The notes under the pieces were generated by a model. That model saw only the letters and a program-made list of their open reading frames with translations, made no database searches and was not told where the DNA came from. Below are positions 27,637-37,103 of a DNA stretch of 60,425 bases, one piece after another (positions within the stretch are counted from its first letter, which is position 1; each line of letters begins with the position of its first letter). The stretch lies in IMG/VR virus record IMGVR_UViG_3300009159_005817, positions 62,001 through 122,425 of that record, one strand, 5' to 3'. Both the position numbers and the translations under genes were made by a program. Source of the DNA: an uncultured virus (IMG/VR IMGVR_UViG_3300009159_005817). Taxonomy: Duplodnaviria > Heunggongvirae > Uroviricota > Caudoviricetes.

Positions 27637-28298
27637 AAGAAATAAAATTATATGAGCAATGGCTCAATGAAATCGATGGTCCTGCAGATGGATCTCTATT
27701 CGGTACATCCGGAGTAGATTTTGGATTCATCGGTCTGCAAGATCCAGGAGACACACCAAATTCGTTTGAACCTAATATGGTTGAATCCTTTATTATTGAT
27801 CTTCTTCAAAGACACAATAATACCGTTCCTTCTCCTGGCACACTTACCGTCGAGTATCTTGAAGATATCGAAAAGGTACAAACCGGAATGAGTGATAAAG
27901 ATCGATCATTTGTTCAGGCAGTTAATAATAATCCTATGGCTTTTCATGTTGAAGATGCCAAGAAAGCTGGTATTGATCTAGATGGTAAATGGTTAACTGA
28001 ATGTTGGGATTATGCTACCAGTGTAGCAGGTACTGCAAAAGATATTTGGAAAGTAAAACGTCCATTTGAATTAAGCTCAAAAGTCAAGGGGTTGGTTCCT
28101 ACTAAATCCTTCTCATTTCCTTCAACTAATGCGGCCGGATCTTTTTATGTAGCAAAAAAGGTTGCAGAGAAATATCCTCAATTGAAAGAATCTCAAATGG
28201 AAGTGGCTACTCAAATAGCAAATTCACGAGTTGTTGCCGGTGTGCATCATCCATTAGATATTGCCGTTGGAAAAATGTTAGCCTTAGGCTTATTATAA
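27633..28298 (+). CDS. capsid-targeting-motif protein, PAP2/haloperoxidase-superfamily phosphatase-like
   Basis: N-term MKEIKLYEQWLNE; Kx6RP, SFPSTN (usually PSGH), SRx5Hx3D. Confidence 0.75.
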   Translation: MKEIKLYEQWLNEIDGPADGSLFGTSGVDFGFIGLQDPGDTPNSFEPNMVESFIIDLLQRHNNTVPSPGTLTVEYLEDIEKVQTGMSDKDRSFVQAVNNNPMAFHVEDAKKAGIDLDGKWLTECWDYATSVAGTAKDIWKVKRPFELSSKVKGLVPTKSFSFPSTNAAGSFYVAKKVAEKYPQLKESQMEVATQIANSRVVAGVHHPLDIAVGKMLALGLL

Positions 28299-28852
28299 TG
28301 TTCAAGAAATTTAGACAATTCATTAATGAAGATATTCATATACCTTCCGGTAAATGGATAGACACTGACCTTAAAGGTCAGGATGATGATATGATGCAAC
28401 TCATATGGACAATGTATACTGACACATACTCTAAACAAGGATTAGATTTCTCTGCCGATGATTATGCTGAACTTAAAACTAAATACCAAGCAACATTCTT
28501 AAAGGATGTTGACCATGATCGTATTCCAGATGCCTTTATTATATACAAGAAAACGAAGTATGGAAATAAGATTGCTCTTCTAGGAACTAATGATAAGAAG
28601 ACTGCAAAACGAGATCTTCTAGAAAAAACTATTTCATTACTTAAAAATCCTGGTTGGTTGTTAGAGGCCTCTCGTAAAATGGAAGAGATTCTTTCAAATT
28701 CAAATGTTCCTTATATTGAAGATCCTGAAATCATTGCTGATATTGTCGGTAAAGACAAGAAACCTGAAATGGTTAAACATGGATATTATACAAGACTTCT
28801 TTCAAAAACACCAAAGCGTATCTTAAAACGCATGTATGGTAAGGTCAAATAG
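28298..28852 (+). CDS. capsid-targeting-motif protein, unknown domain
   Basis: N-term MFKKFRQFINE. Confidence 0.65.
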   Translation: MFKKFRQFINEDIHIPSGKWIDTDLKGQDDDMMQLIWTMYTDTYSKQGLDFSADDYAELKTKYQATFLKDVDHDRIPDAFIIYKKTKYGNKIALLGTNDKKTAKRDLLEKTISLLKNPGWLLEASRKMEEILSNSNVPYIEDPEIIADIVGKDKKPEMVKHGYYTRLLSKTPKRILKRMYGKVK

Positions 28853-28936
28853 ACCAAAATGACCTAGTAGTTATTCGGCGGATCCCGTCGGTTATTAAGT
28901 AAACCCACTTTTAGGAGATATGTTCTTATAAATAAT

Positions 28937-31900
28937 ATGAGAAACAAACATATGAAAAATCCTATTTTAATTTGCCTGTTACTATTTAATTTAATTGTAA
29001 TTGGACAAACAACACCTAAAGAAAGATACATAAACAATTCTGATTATCTTTCTAAAAACTCCTTAGTCGATTACAAAAGCTATTACGGAGATTCCATACA
29101 AGGATTCGACGAAGCAGCTATGAAAGTTGAACTACTAAGACGAAACGTTTTTGGTTCAGAATACATCAACTACATTGCTCTTGTAAAAAGAGAATGGGTA
29201 AATCAAAAGTACGGTATCAAACCTGTACTACCTATCAATTCAAACAACCGACCTATTGGAGGTCCTAACTCAGTTAATTCACCTGGTAATGCTTGTGTGA
29301 ATGAAGACTTTGAGCTTACTGCACCTGGAGCTTATAATGGAATGAATTCTGTTTTAGGATGGACAATTCAAAGTGGACAAAATACTTCCAATATCTGTTG
29401 TGGAAATCCTACATATGGTGCTGGCTGTGTTGCTAATCCTATTGCTAATTGGAATGCAGGTAGTCCTGAATTTTCTATTGTTGCTACTCCAATACTACCT
29501 GCTCCTAGTTGTGCTAATCCTCCTGGATTTAGTATTGACAATGTATCAATACCTAATTCACCTCTTGGCGGTAACCGAGTTGCAAGACTACAAAACTCAT
29601 GTCCAACCGGTTTGATGACTCGAATTATGACACAATTTCCTGTTTCAAATTCTAATACCTTATTTCAATTTTGTTATGCTGGTTCATGGGATGGTGTTCA
29701 TGAATGTTGTGGACAACCTGCTTTTAGAATCGATATGTATAATTGTACAGGTTCATTAATCCCAATACCATGTGCCAATGTAAGCCTAACTCCTTCCGGA
29801 CAATCTTGTCAAAGTGGAGTTCCTGGATATCAGGTAACCAGTGGAGTTTCATGGGTTAATTGGCAAACAAAATATATTGACTTAACTCCTTATATTGGTC
29901 AGTGTATTAGAATTGTGGTAACTTGCTCAGATTGTTCTTATTCTGGACATCATGGAACTGCTTATTTTGATGCAAGATGCGGTGGTCAATTAGTTGGAGT
30001 TGGATTAGGTGGAGTTGGTGGAAACATTGCAGGACCTGTTAGTTATTGTGCTGGTTCAAATCAAGCTATTATTGCCGCACCATTGGGATACTCGTCATAT
30101 CAATGGATATCTCCTATCACAGGAACAATTCCTGCTAATGCAGGAGGTACAGCTCCAGTATTAACCATAAGTCCAGTAGTTGCAGGTTTAGTGTATACAG
30201 TTCAGTTAAACTCACCATCAGGGTGTTCTTATATTGCAACCAATACAATCATGCCTACTCTTGTAAACATTGCAGGTATTGGTTCAGGCACAAGTTGTGC
30301 AGGAGGATCAAGTGGAACGGGTACTGTTCAAGGTAATGGCAGTGGCACAGGATACAATTATACTTGGGTAAATTCAAATAATGCTGTAGTTGGTACCTCA
30401 GCAACAGTAAGTGGACTGCTTCCAGGAACATATAGCGTAACTATAACTGGTCTTGGCGCTGCAGGATGTGGTTCAGCAACATCAACTATATCAATAGGAG
30501 TTGGAATACCTCAAATGCAAAATCTATTAAAACCGTATTGTGGTTCTCAAGCCTATTTAAGTGTAACGGGTAATAGTGTTCAGTGGTCTACCAACAATAC
30601 AGCTATCTCCGCTCCATTAGGAGTGGCAATGGGATACACAGTAAACAATCCAGTACAGGCTTCAGTATACACAGTTACCTATACTTCATTACAAAATTGT
30701 AATGAAGCAGCTTCATTCACCCTAATACCATCTCCGCCGGGCAGTATATCATTACTAACTACTTCTGTTTGTTTAAACTCGACAAATGGCAGTGGAACTA
30801 TTAATCTAACTCCTGCATCTGGTTCTCCTCCTGGAGCTAATTCATATTCAGTATGGAATTCTAATAATACTCCGGTTTACAATTCATCATTGTCTCCTAC
30901 TAATCAAAATAATTATTTGTTTGGAAACATGGGAACCGGTAGTTATCAAGTAAGAGTATTTGATGGTTCCTGTGCATACACAACTTCCTTTATTATACCT
31001 ACTCATGTATTTTCTCCTACATTAAGTCCAACCTCAACAACTCTATGTCCTGGTGGAGGTATTGCAGCCGGAGTAGTATTTAGTATTCCACCATCATTAT
31101 CTCAATACACTTACTCTTGGACACCTAATATCTTTTTAGCAGGAAACACTCAACAATCAACGATTATCATACCAAATCTTGCAGTAGGTACGCAATCAAA
31201 TATAACTTACTCAGTTGTAATTACTCCTACTGCTATTAATTGTCCGATGACTCGTACATTAAATTTATGGGCAATCAATCCACCAATTCCAACTATTACT
31301 GCAATACCTAATATGTGTAACAATATGCTTCCATATCAAGTATTGGCTAATCCCAGTGGTGGTATCTTTACCGGAGTTGGAATGAGTACATTAGGTTTAA
31401 TCTCTCCGACTGCTTCACTATTAGGAATCAATAACTTTACATATGCCATTTCAATTAGTACTTGCGCATCATCTAATACTGGAAGTTATCAGGTATCATA
31501 TTTCAATACTTCATCATTAAGCTCTTCAATAAATCCTATATGTTCTACTAATTCAACAATAAATCTTATGACTATTGTTCAGAATACCTTAGGATCTTGG
31601 TCAGGTAATTATATAACGAATAACATATTCAATCCAGCAAATCTAAATGGAGTATACTCATTAACCTACAATAATTTATCAACACCAAATCCTACAGTAT
31701 GTCCTTCATCTACTCAAATGAATATATCGGTTACTAATACAATAATTCCGACTATTGCAAATTCCAATCCATTCTGTACGAATGCCTCCTCTTTTGTATT
31801 GATCGCTAATCCAAATGGAGGAATCTGGTCTAACAATTCTGCAGTGAGCGGTTTAGGTATTGTAACTCCTTCATTGACATCTCCTACAAATACAACGGTT

Positions 31901-33904
31901 AATTATGTCGTTAATGTTGGTCCATGTATAAACACAAACACATTCAACATATATCCATCAACTTTCAATACGGCTTCTTTAACTGGATCTATCCCTAATT
32001 TATGCGTAACGAGCTCATCAATAAATCTAATGTCAATCGTACAAAATACGACTGGATCTTGGTCAGGAATGAATGTTACTCAAAACATATTCAACCCTTC
32101 AGGATTACCGACCGGAAATTATACTTTAACATACAATACCAACTCGGCTCCTAATGTTACTCTATGTCCAGATAACCGAACAATAAACATATCGGTTCTT
32201 AATCCGGCATCTCCGAACATTACTACATTCGGACCTATATGTAGCAAAGATGCTATTATGCAAATGACCGTTACTCCTAATTCTGGTAGTTGGATTTCTA
32301 CTCCATATCTAAACATTAATGGAATATTAAATCCTTCGCTATGTCCTATTGGAATTAATGCCATTCAATATGTAATAGGAACTAATACTTGTTCGGCTCA
32401 ACAAACAAAAACCTTTGTGGTTGAGATGTTCATTCCATCAACGATAACAAATCAAATACCTGACTTGTGTAATACCAGCTCTCCCATAAATCTTAATTCA
32501 TATTCTGGTTTTCCTGGATCTTGGTCAGGATTAGGAATCAATGGTTCAATGTTTACTCCATCGAATTCAGGAACATTAATTCTAGTACATACCACATCAT
32601 CATCTAGTGGTTTATGTCCTAGTACGTCAAGCATATCAGTTAGAGTATATTCATTACAATCTCCAGTAATAATCAAGCCAAATTCTGTATGTAACACATA
32701 TGCGCCTTTCCAATTACAAGTAAATCCAATCGGTGGTATATTCGGAGGTAATGGATCTAATACTAACGGAATTTTTAATCCAGCATATGGAGCGATAGGA
32801 AACAATATAATTAATTACAGCATTTCTGCCGGTCCTTGTATAGCATATGCACAGACTACTGTTAATATTGAGAAATTTATATCGGCTGATCTAGATCGAT
32901 ACCCTAAAACCGTTTATTGTAAAGGTACTGAATATCCTTTTAATCTGAATTCGTTAGTCAAAAATCCAAATTATAATTGGTCTGGTCCTGGAGTAAATGG
33001 TTATATGTTCGATCCACAAATGGCAAACATCGGAAACAACCTAATATATTATCGAACGCATTCTGCACCAACGGCTTCATTATGTCCGGATGAAAAATCA
33101 TTTAACATAAGGGTTGCTCAAATAAGTAAACCCATCATATCGCTATCTGATTCAATTGGTTGTGTTCCTCTTAGAGTAATTCTCAATTCAAACGAAAATA
33201 CTGGATTATCTTCTTGGAAATTTAGTAATGGATATTCTAGTGAAGCCAATTCTCTTGCATATACATTTACTTCAAGCGGAATACATTCAATAATATTCTC
33301 ATATATCAATGATGAAGGTTGTGTATCGCCAAATCAAATGATTACTCTTATTAGAGTTGATGAGGTACCTTTTCCCAAGTTTCAATTACCAAAATCCATT
33401 TATGCAGGAGATTCAGAAATCCAAGCAATAAATCTAACTCCTAATGTAGGAAGTTACACTTACACATGGATGGTATCTAATGGATATTCAGTAAACACAA
33501 TTAATCTTGCATACGATCCCAAGAAAATAGGCAAGTACGAAATAACATTAATTGCAAAGACGGTTAATGGATGCACGGCATCTACTAGAAAAATGATAGA
33601 GATACAAAACGAATTTGAAGTACATATCCCAAATACTTTCACTCCTAATAGAGATGGTCTCAACGATTATTTTCTTCCAGTATTTTCTGACTATGGAGTT
33701 GAGTTATCTTTTTATACACTAGAGATTTTCGATCGATGGGATCACTTAATTTATAGATCAATCGATCCTAAAAAAGGATGGGATGGAAAAGCCAAAAATG
33801 AATTATGTCAACAAGGATCCTATGTATACAGACTTAAGTTTTCTGATAAAGAGAAGAATGTGTATGAGAAGATTGGACATGTTCTCCTTTTAGGATCCGA
33901 TTAA
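28937..33904 (+). CDS. large secreted repeat protein with PKD-like domains and gliding-motility (T9SS type-B) C-terminal domain
   Basis: Signal peptide; Cys-containing Ig-like repeats (P.GG.WSG...F.P); GCVPL.V PKD; IPNTFTPNRDGLND.F...IFDRW...GWDG...G.YVY; TATAAATA at 28927. Confidence 0.88.
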   Translation: MRNKHMKNPILICLLLFNLIVIGQTTPKERYINNSDYLSKNSLVDYKSYYGDSIQGFDEAAMKVELLRRNVFGSEYINYIALVKREWVNQKYGIKPVLPINSNNRPIGGPNSVNSPGNACVNEDFELTAPGAYNGMNSVLGWTIQSGQNTSNICCGNPTYGAGCVANPIANWNAGSPEFSIVATPILPAPSCANPPGFSIDNVSIPNSPLGGNRVARLQNSCPTGLMTRIMTQFPVSNSNTLFQFCYAGSWDGVHECCGQPAFRIDMYNCTGSLIPIPCANVSLTPSGQSCQSGVPGYQVTSGVSWVNWQTKYIDLTPYIGQCIRIVVTCSDCSYSGHHGTAYFDARCGGQLVGVGLGGVGGNIAGPVSYCAGSNQAIIAAPLGYSSYQWISPITGTIPANAGGTAPVLTISPVVAGLVYTVQLNSPSGCSYIATNTIMPTLVNIAGIGSGTSCAGGSSGTGTVQGNGSGTGYNYTWVNSNNAVVGTSATVSGLLPGTYSVTITGLGAAGCGSATSTISIGVGIPQMQNLLKPYCGSQAYLSVTGNSVQWSTNNTAISAPLGVAMGYTVNNPVQASVYTVTYTSLQNCNEAASFTLIPSPPGSISLLTTSVCLNSTNGSGTINLTPASGSPPGANSYSVWNSNNTPVYNSSLSPTNQNNYLFGNMGTGSYQVRVFDGSCAYTTSFIIPTHVFSPTLSPTSTTLCPGGGIAAGVVFSIPPSLSQYTYSWTPNIFLAGNTQQSTIIIPNLAVGTQSNITYSVVITPTAINCPMTRTLNLWAINPPIPTITAIPNMCNNMLPYQVLANPSGGIFTGVGMSTLGLISPTASLLGINNFTYAISISTCASSNTGSYQVSYFNTSSLSSSINPICSTNSTINLMTIVQNTLGSWSGNYITNNIFNPANLNGVYSLTYNNLSTPNPTVCPSSTQMNISVTNTIIPTIANSNPFCTNASSFVLIANPNGGIWSNNSAVSGLGIVTPSLTSPTNTTVNYVVNVGPCINTNTFNIYPSTFNTASLTGSIPNLCVTSSSINLMSIVQNTTGSWSGMNVTQNIFNPSGLPTGNYTLTYNTNSAPNVTLCPDNRTINISVLNPASPNITTFGPICSKDAIMQMTVTPNSGSWISTPYLNINGILNPSLCPIGINAIQYVIGTNTCSAQQTKTFVVEMFIPSTITNQIPDLCNTSSPINLNSYSGFPGSWSGLGINGSMFTPSNSGTLILVHTTSSSSGLCPSTSSISVRVYSLQSPVIIKPNSVCNTYAPFQLQVNPIGGIFGGNGSNTNGIFNPAYGAIGNNIINYSISAGPCIAYAQTTVNIEKFISADLDRYPKTVYCKGTEYPFNLNSLVKNPNYNWSGPGVNGYMFDPQMANIGNNLIYYRTHSAPTASLCPDEKSFNIRVAQISKPIISLSDSIGCVPLRVILNSNENTGLSSWKFSNGYSSEANSLAYTFTSSGIHSIIFSYINDEGCVSPNQMITLIRVDEVPFPKFQLPKSIYAGDSEIQAINLTPNVGSYTYTWMVSNGYSVNTINLAYDPKKIGKYEITLIAKTVNGCTASTRKMIEIQNEFEVHIPNTFTPNRDGLNDYFLPVFSDYGVELSFYTLEIFDRWDHLIYRSIDPKKGWDGKAKNELCQQGSYVYRLKFSDKEKNVYEKIGHVLLLGSD

Positions 33905-33907
33905 AAT

Positions 33908-33963
33908 TGTTAATAACTTTCCCGTAATAAATTTTTTTATTCCAAAAAGTTTTATTATATTTG
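33908..33963 (+). promoter_or_regulatory. composite promoter copy 7
   Basis: TGTTAATAAC at 33908, TATATTTG at 33956 (48 bp). Confidence 0.8.
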
Positions 33964-33988
33964 TATATACAATTTAAACAAATATACT

Positions 33989-34183
33989 ATGGAAAATAAT
34001 TTTGAAGTATCCGATCTTGAATTACTCACAACATCGGAATTAAAAACTCTACTAATCGATTTATTCGATGGTAATGCAGGTGAAATTCTTTATGGTTTTC
34101 GAGAAATGGGAATTACCAAAGATGCTAATCTTAAATCGGCAATAATCCGATACATCATTCGTAAACAACCCATCAATGCATAA
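33989..34183 (+). CDS. hypothetical protein
   Basis: 64-aa ORF after promoter. Confidence 0.55.
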   Translation: MENNFEVSDLELLTTSELKTLLIDLFDGNAGEILYGFREMGITKDANLKSAIIRYIIRKQPINA

Positions 34184-34496
34184 ACGAAGAAGCGATCGTA
34201 ACCATCTCATCTACAAAATAGAAAATCTCTCAACCGGAGAATTCTATATAGGAGTTACAGTCGTAACCGGTAGAGCATATCTTAAATCTCTTAAATCTCG
34301 ATGGAAGCGACATATCTATAAAGCAATGGTGCTTCGTGAAGAATGGTTATTTCCAAAAGCGATTCGCGAATATGGCGAATCTCAATTTAAACCTGAGATT
34401 ATCGAAATTGTACGTGGTAAATCTACCGCATTCGGAAGAGAATCTCAACTTATTAACGAAATCCGACCAGCATACAACACACGAATGAAATGTTAA
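34176..34496 (+). CDS. GIY-YIG nuclease-domain protein
   Basis: LIYKIEN...EFYIG.T...RWKRH...AIREYG...E..LI...P.YN. Confidence 0.8.
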   Translation: MHKRRSDRNHLIYKIENLSTGEFYIGVTVVTGRAYLKSLKSRWKRHIYKAMVLREEWLFPKAIREYGESQFKPEIIEIVRGKSTAFGRESQLINEIRPAYNTRMKC

Positions 34497-34567
34497 TAAC
34501 TTTTTTACATTTAGCCAAAAATAAGTTTCAAAAAATTTTTTTATTCCAATAAAAAGTATTATATTTG
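34491..34567 (+). promoter_or_regulatory. composite promoter copy 8, upstream of the DnaA domain-IV gene
   Basis: TGTTAATAAC at 34491, TATATTTG at 34560 (69 bp = 48+21). Confidence 0.78.
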
Positions 34568-34606
34568 TTATATCAATTTAATATTAATCTTTTAAACTCA
34601 AAAAAT

Positions 34607-34918
34607 ATGAAATCTAAATCAAGTATCGAAAAAATTGCTGCAATTCAATCATTAGTATCGAAATCATTTAACATCGAACTACCTAAATTACTTTCACCAT
34701 CTCGTACTGGTGAAATTGCATACATTCGCCAAATATCAATGTATCTATGCAGATTCAACACAACCGCTTCTCTTAAAATAATTGCGGCCGAACATAATCG
34801 TACTAATCACGGTACCGTTATCCATGCTTCCGAAGTAATTGGATTCGATTATCGCAAAAACGAAAAAGTACGTAATCAAATCATCGCATTAGAAACCCAA
34901 ATTAAAACAATAGCATAA
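34607..34918 (+). CDS. stand-alone DnaA domain IV (DnaA C-terminal HTH DNA-binding) protein
   Basis: IQSLVSKSFNI....LLSPSRT.EIA..RQISMYLCR..T.ASLK.I....NR.NHGTVIHA aligns along its length with DnaA domain IV; no AAA+ domain. Confidence 0.85.
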   Translation: MKSKSSIEKIAAIQSLVSKSFNIELPKLLSPSRTGEIAYIRQISMYLCRFNTTASLKIIAAEHNRTNHGTVIHASEVIGFDYRKNEKVRNQIIALETQIKTIA

Positions 34919-34920
34919 TC

Positions 34921-35175
34921 ATGAAAGTACACGAAAAAGCAAAATTATACGATTCACTCATAAAAGATTATGAGGAACTTATCACCGAAATGCAAAATCA
35001 TTCAAACTCTATTAAAGAAATTGAAACTCGAGAAGATCTTAAAGAAATGAAGGAAAATAACGTTTCAACTTATTATCCTCTTTTAGCCGGAACCTATCAA
35101 GGTTCTAACTTTGGTTTAGATCTTAAAATCTCAAGAGCTCAATCTAATCTTAAATGGTATAAAGGCATAAAATAA
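34921..35175 (+). CDS. hypothetical protein
   Basis: 84-aa ORF. Confidence 0.55.
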   Translation: MKVHEKAKLYDSLIKDYEELITEMQNHSNSIKEIETREDLKEMKENNVSTYYPLLAGTYQGSNFGLDLKISRAQSNLKWYKGIK

Positions 35176-35177
35176 AT

Positions 35178-36380
35178 ATGGCAACATTAGTTTGGTTAAC
35201 CCATTCATTTCGTACAGACTCTAGGCTAACATCTAAATTATCCGGTCCTTGTACATTCGTATATTATTCACCATACTACTTTGCTGGTGATCGGGAAAAA
35301 CAAATTCTGAAACAATGTTCAACGGCTAATCTTGAAGCATTTTACGAATCCCTTGATATTATGCGTAAATCGCTTAAGGCTATTGGCCACGAGTTTTACG
35401 TCTTCAAACAATCAAATCCTATTGAACATATCAATAGCCTAATTGATAAACATGGATTTGATCGAGTTGTAATAGATCTTCCTCTTTTTGGAATGTGGAA
35501 AACAACCGATCCAATGCAAATCAAAGTTCCTTTTGAATTAATCGATTCTGATCTTGTCGACGATACTTGTTTTAATATGACGGCTAAATCTAGGTGGATG
35601 TCACATACTCGCAAAATATCTACACACAAACCAAATCAATGGAATTCTGAAATTGTACCAAATCCTATTAATGAAGCAATCAAAAGTTATCCGCAATACA
35701 CTAAGAATAACTTGATTATGCCTCACATCATAACATCTCGTGCATCGGCTATGGCTCCTACATATGCTCAAACTCGAGATAAACATAATGGCCAAACTCG
35801 TTTATCTACTGCATTTCAAAATGGTACGGTAGATCCTTGCAATATGTTCTATAGCATCGCAAACGATTTTCTAAAATCTGGCGCAGACTTCTCGATAAAT
35901 GAAGGTGCCCATGCTGCAATGCTTCGTCAATTTGCTTTTCGTGAAATGACAATCATTCAAACTCGTCGAGCTAACCTAACCATGGAAGATTCCCCAATGC
36001 AATGGGCACAACAATTTATAACAGCAACCTCTCTACAAAATCTAAAGAGTCAAACAAATCCAGATAGCACTTTAACATTTGAACAAATCAAAACGGCTAG
36101 TACCAGCGATACATTAATAAATACAATTCTCGCTGAATCGTTTCAAGTTGGTGTAATGCCAAATCGTGCTAGAATGTTCTTTGCCGGATGGATGTTTTAC
36201 AATGCACCAACTGGTCAACAAGCACTTGAATGGTTAATCGATACATTTGATCTTCTTCTCTTAGATGGTCAATGTCCTACAAATTATACACAATGTACAT
36301 CCGCTATGAATATGCAATATGGTAAAGTAATGTTGCTTAATCGTCATAACGTTAAAGCATTACTTGCCTACGAAAATTAA
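35178..36380 (+). CDS. divergent photolyase/cryptochrome-family protein
   Basis: LVWLTHSFRTD, YAQTRD..TRLS, RQFAFRE, GVMPNRARM, LLDG..PTN. Confidence 0.75.
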   Translation: MATLVWLTHSFRTDSRLTSKLSGPCTFVYYSPYYFAGDREKQILKQCSTANLEAFYESLDIMRKSLKAIGHEFYVFKQSNPIEHINSLIDKHGFDRVVIDLPLFGMWKTTDPMQIKVPFELIDSDLVDDTCFNMTAKSRWMSHTRKISTHKPNQWNSEIVPNPINEAIKSYPQYTKNNLIMPHIITSRASAMAPTYAQTRDKHNGQTRLSTAFQNGTVDPCNMFYSIANDFLKSGADFSINEGAHAAMLRQFAFREMTIIQTRRANLTMEDSPMQWAQQFITATSLQNLKSQTNPDSTLTFEQIKTASTSDTLINTILAESFQVGVMPNRARMFFAGWMFYNAPTGQQALEWLIDTFDLLLLDGQCPTNYTQCTSAMNMQYGKVMLLNRHNVKALLAYEN

Positions 36381-36384
36381 TCAA

Positions 36385-36493
36385 GCAACCTTTATTACTG
36401 AATCTGACCTGTGATTTTTAACATATAACCTTTATCTAAGGTGATCGAGGAAATAATATAGTTCTTCAGGCAGATTAGGTAATTCAAGGTTAC
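36385..36493 (+). ncRNA. putative structured intergenic RNA (long imperfect hairpin)
   Basis: Nested pairings AACCTT/AAGGTT, ATTAC/GTAAT, AATCTG/CAGATT, CCTG/CAGG. Confidence 0.45.
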
Positions 36494-36555
36494 TCCATCA
36501 TACTCATATAATTTATACATTTATCTATAGAATTACGACTAATCAAAAACAAAAT

Positions 36556-37020
36556 ATGGCAAAGACTAAAAAACAAATCGTTGAGCTTACTCCGGTTGAA
36601 CGAGTATTCGCTGCATTCATGGAAGATTTCAATGATACTGAATTACAAGAAAGACTAGATGGATTTGAAAGAACTCTTAAATCTCTAAAGGCTCGTTACA
36701 ATGAATTAGTTCCTAATTTGAATGATGCTTTGAGAGATCAAACAATTTTAAACAAAATGATTTTGGATTCGGCTAAAATGAGTTTCATTAATAACGATGC
36801 TTTCAAGAGACTTAAGATTGTGGATTCATATCTAGACGAGAACATGGAACTTGCCAATGATCTTAAAAGTAAAATACAATCCGAAGAAGATCTTATCCGA
36901 AAATATAAAGAGAATTCACATGATCGTCTTTTTCGATGGTGGCAATCTATTAAAGCCGTAGAACCTAACACTATCCCTTGGTTAGAATGGAAAATCATGT
37001 ATGATTCCAAGATAATTTAA
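36556..37020 (+). CDS. coiled-coil hypothetical protein
   Basis: 154-aa helical ORF; CATATAAT at 36505. Confidence 0.6.
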   Translation: MAKTKKQIVELTPVERVFAAFMEDFNDTELQERLDGFERTLKSLKARYNELVPNLNDALRDQTILNKMILDSAKMSFINNDAFKRLKIVDSYLDENMELANDLKSKIQSEEDLIRKYKENSHDRLFRWWQSIKAVEPNTIPWLEWKIMYDSKII

Positions 37021-37023
37021 AAA

Positions 37024-37079
37024 TGTTAATAACTTTCCATCAATAAATTTTTTTATTCCACTTATTTGTTTTATATTTG
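37024..37079 (+). promoter_or_regulatory. composite promoter copy 9
   Basis: TGTTAATAAC at 37024, TATATTTG at 37072 (48 bp). Confidence 0.8.
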
Positions 37080-37103
37080 TATATACAATTTAAAACAATA
37101 TAT

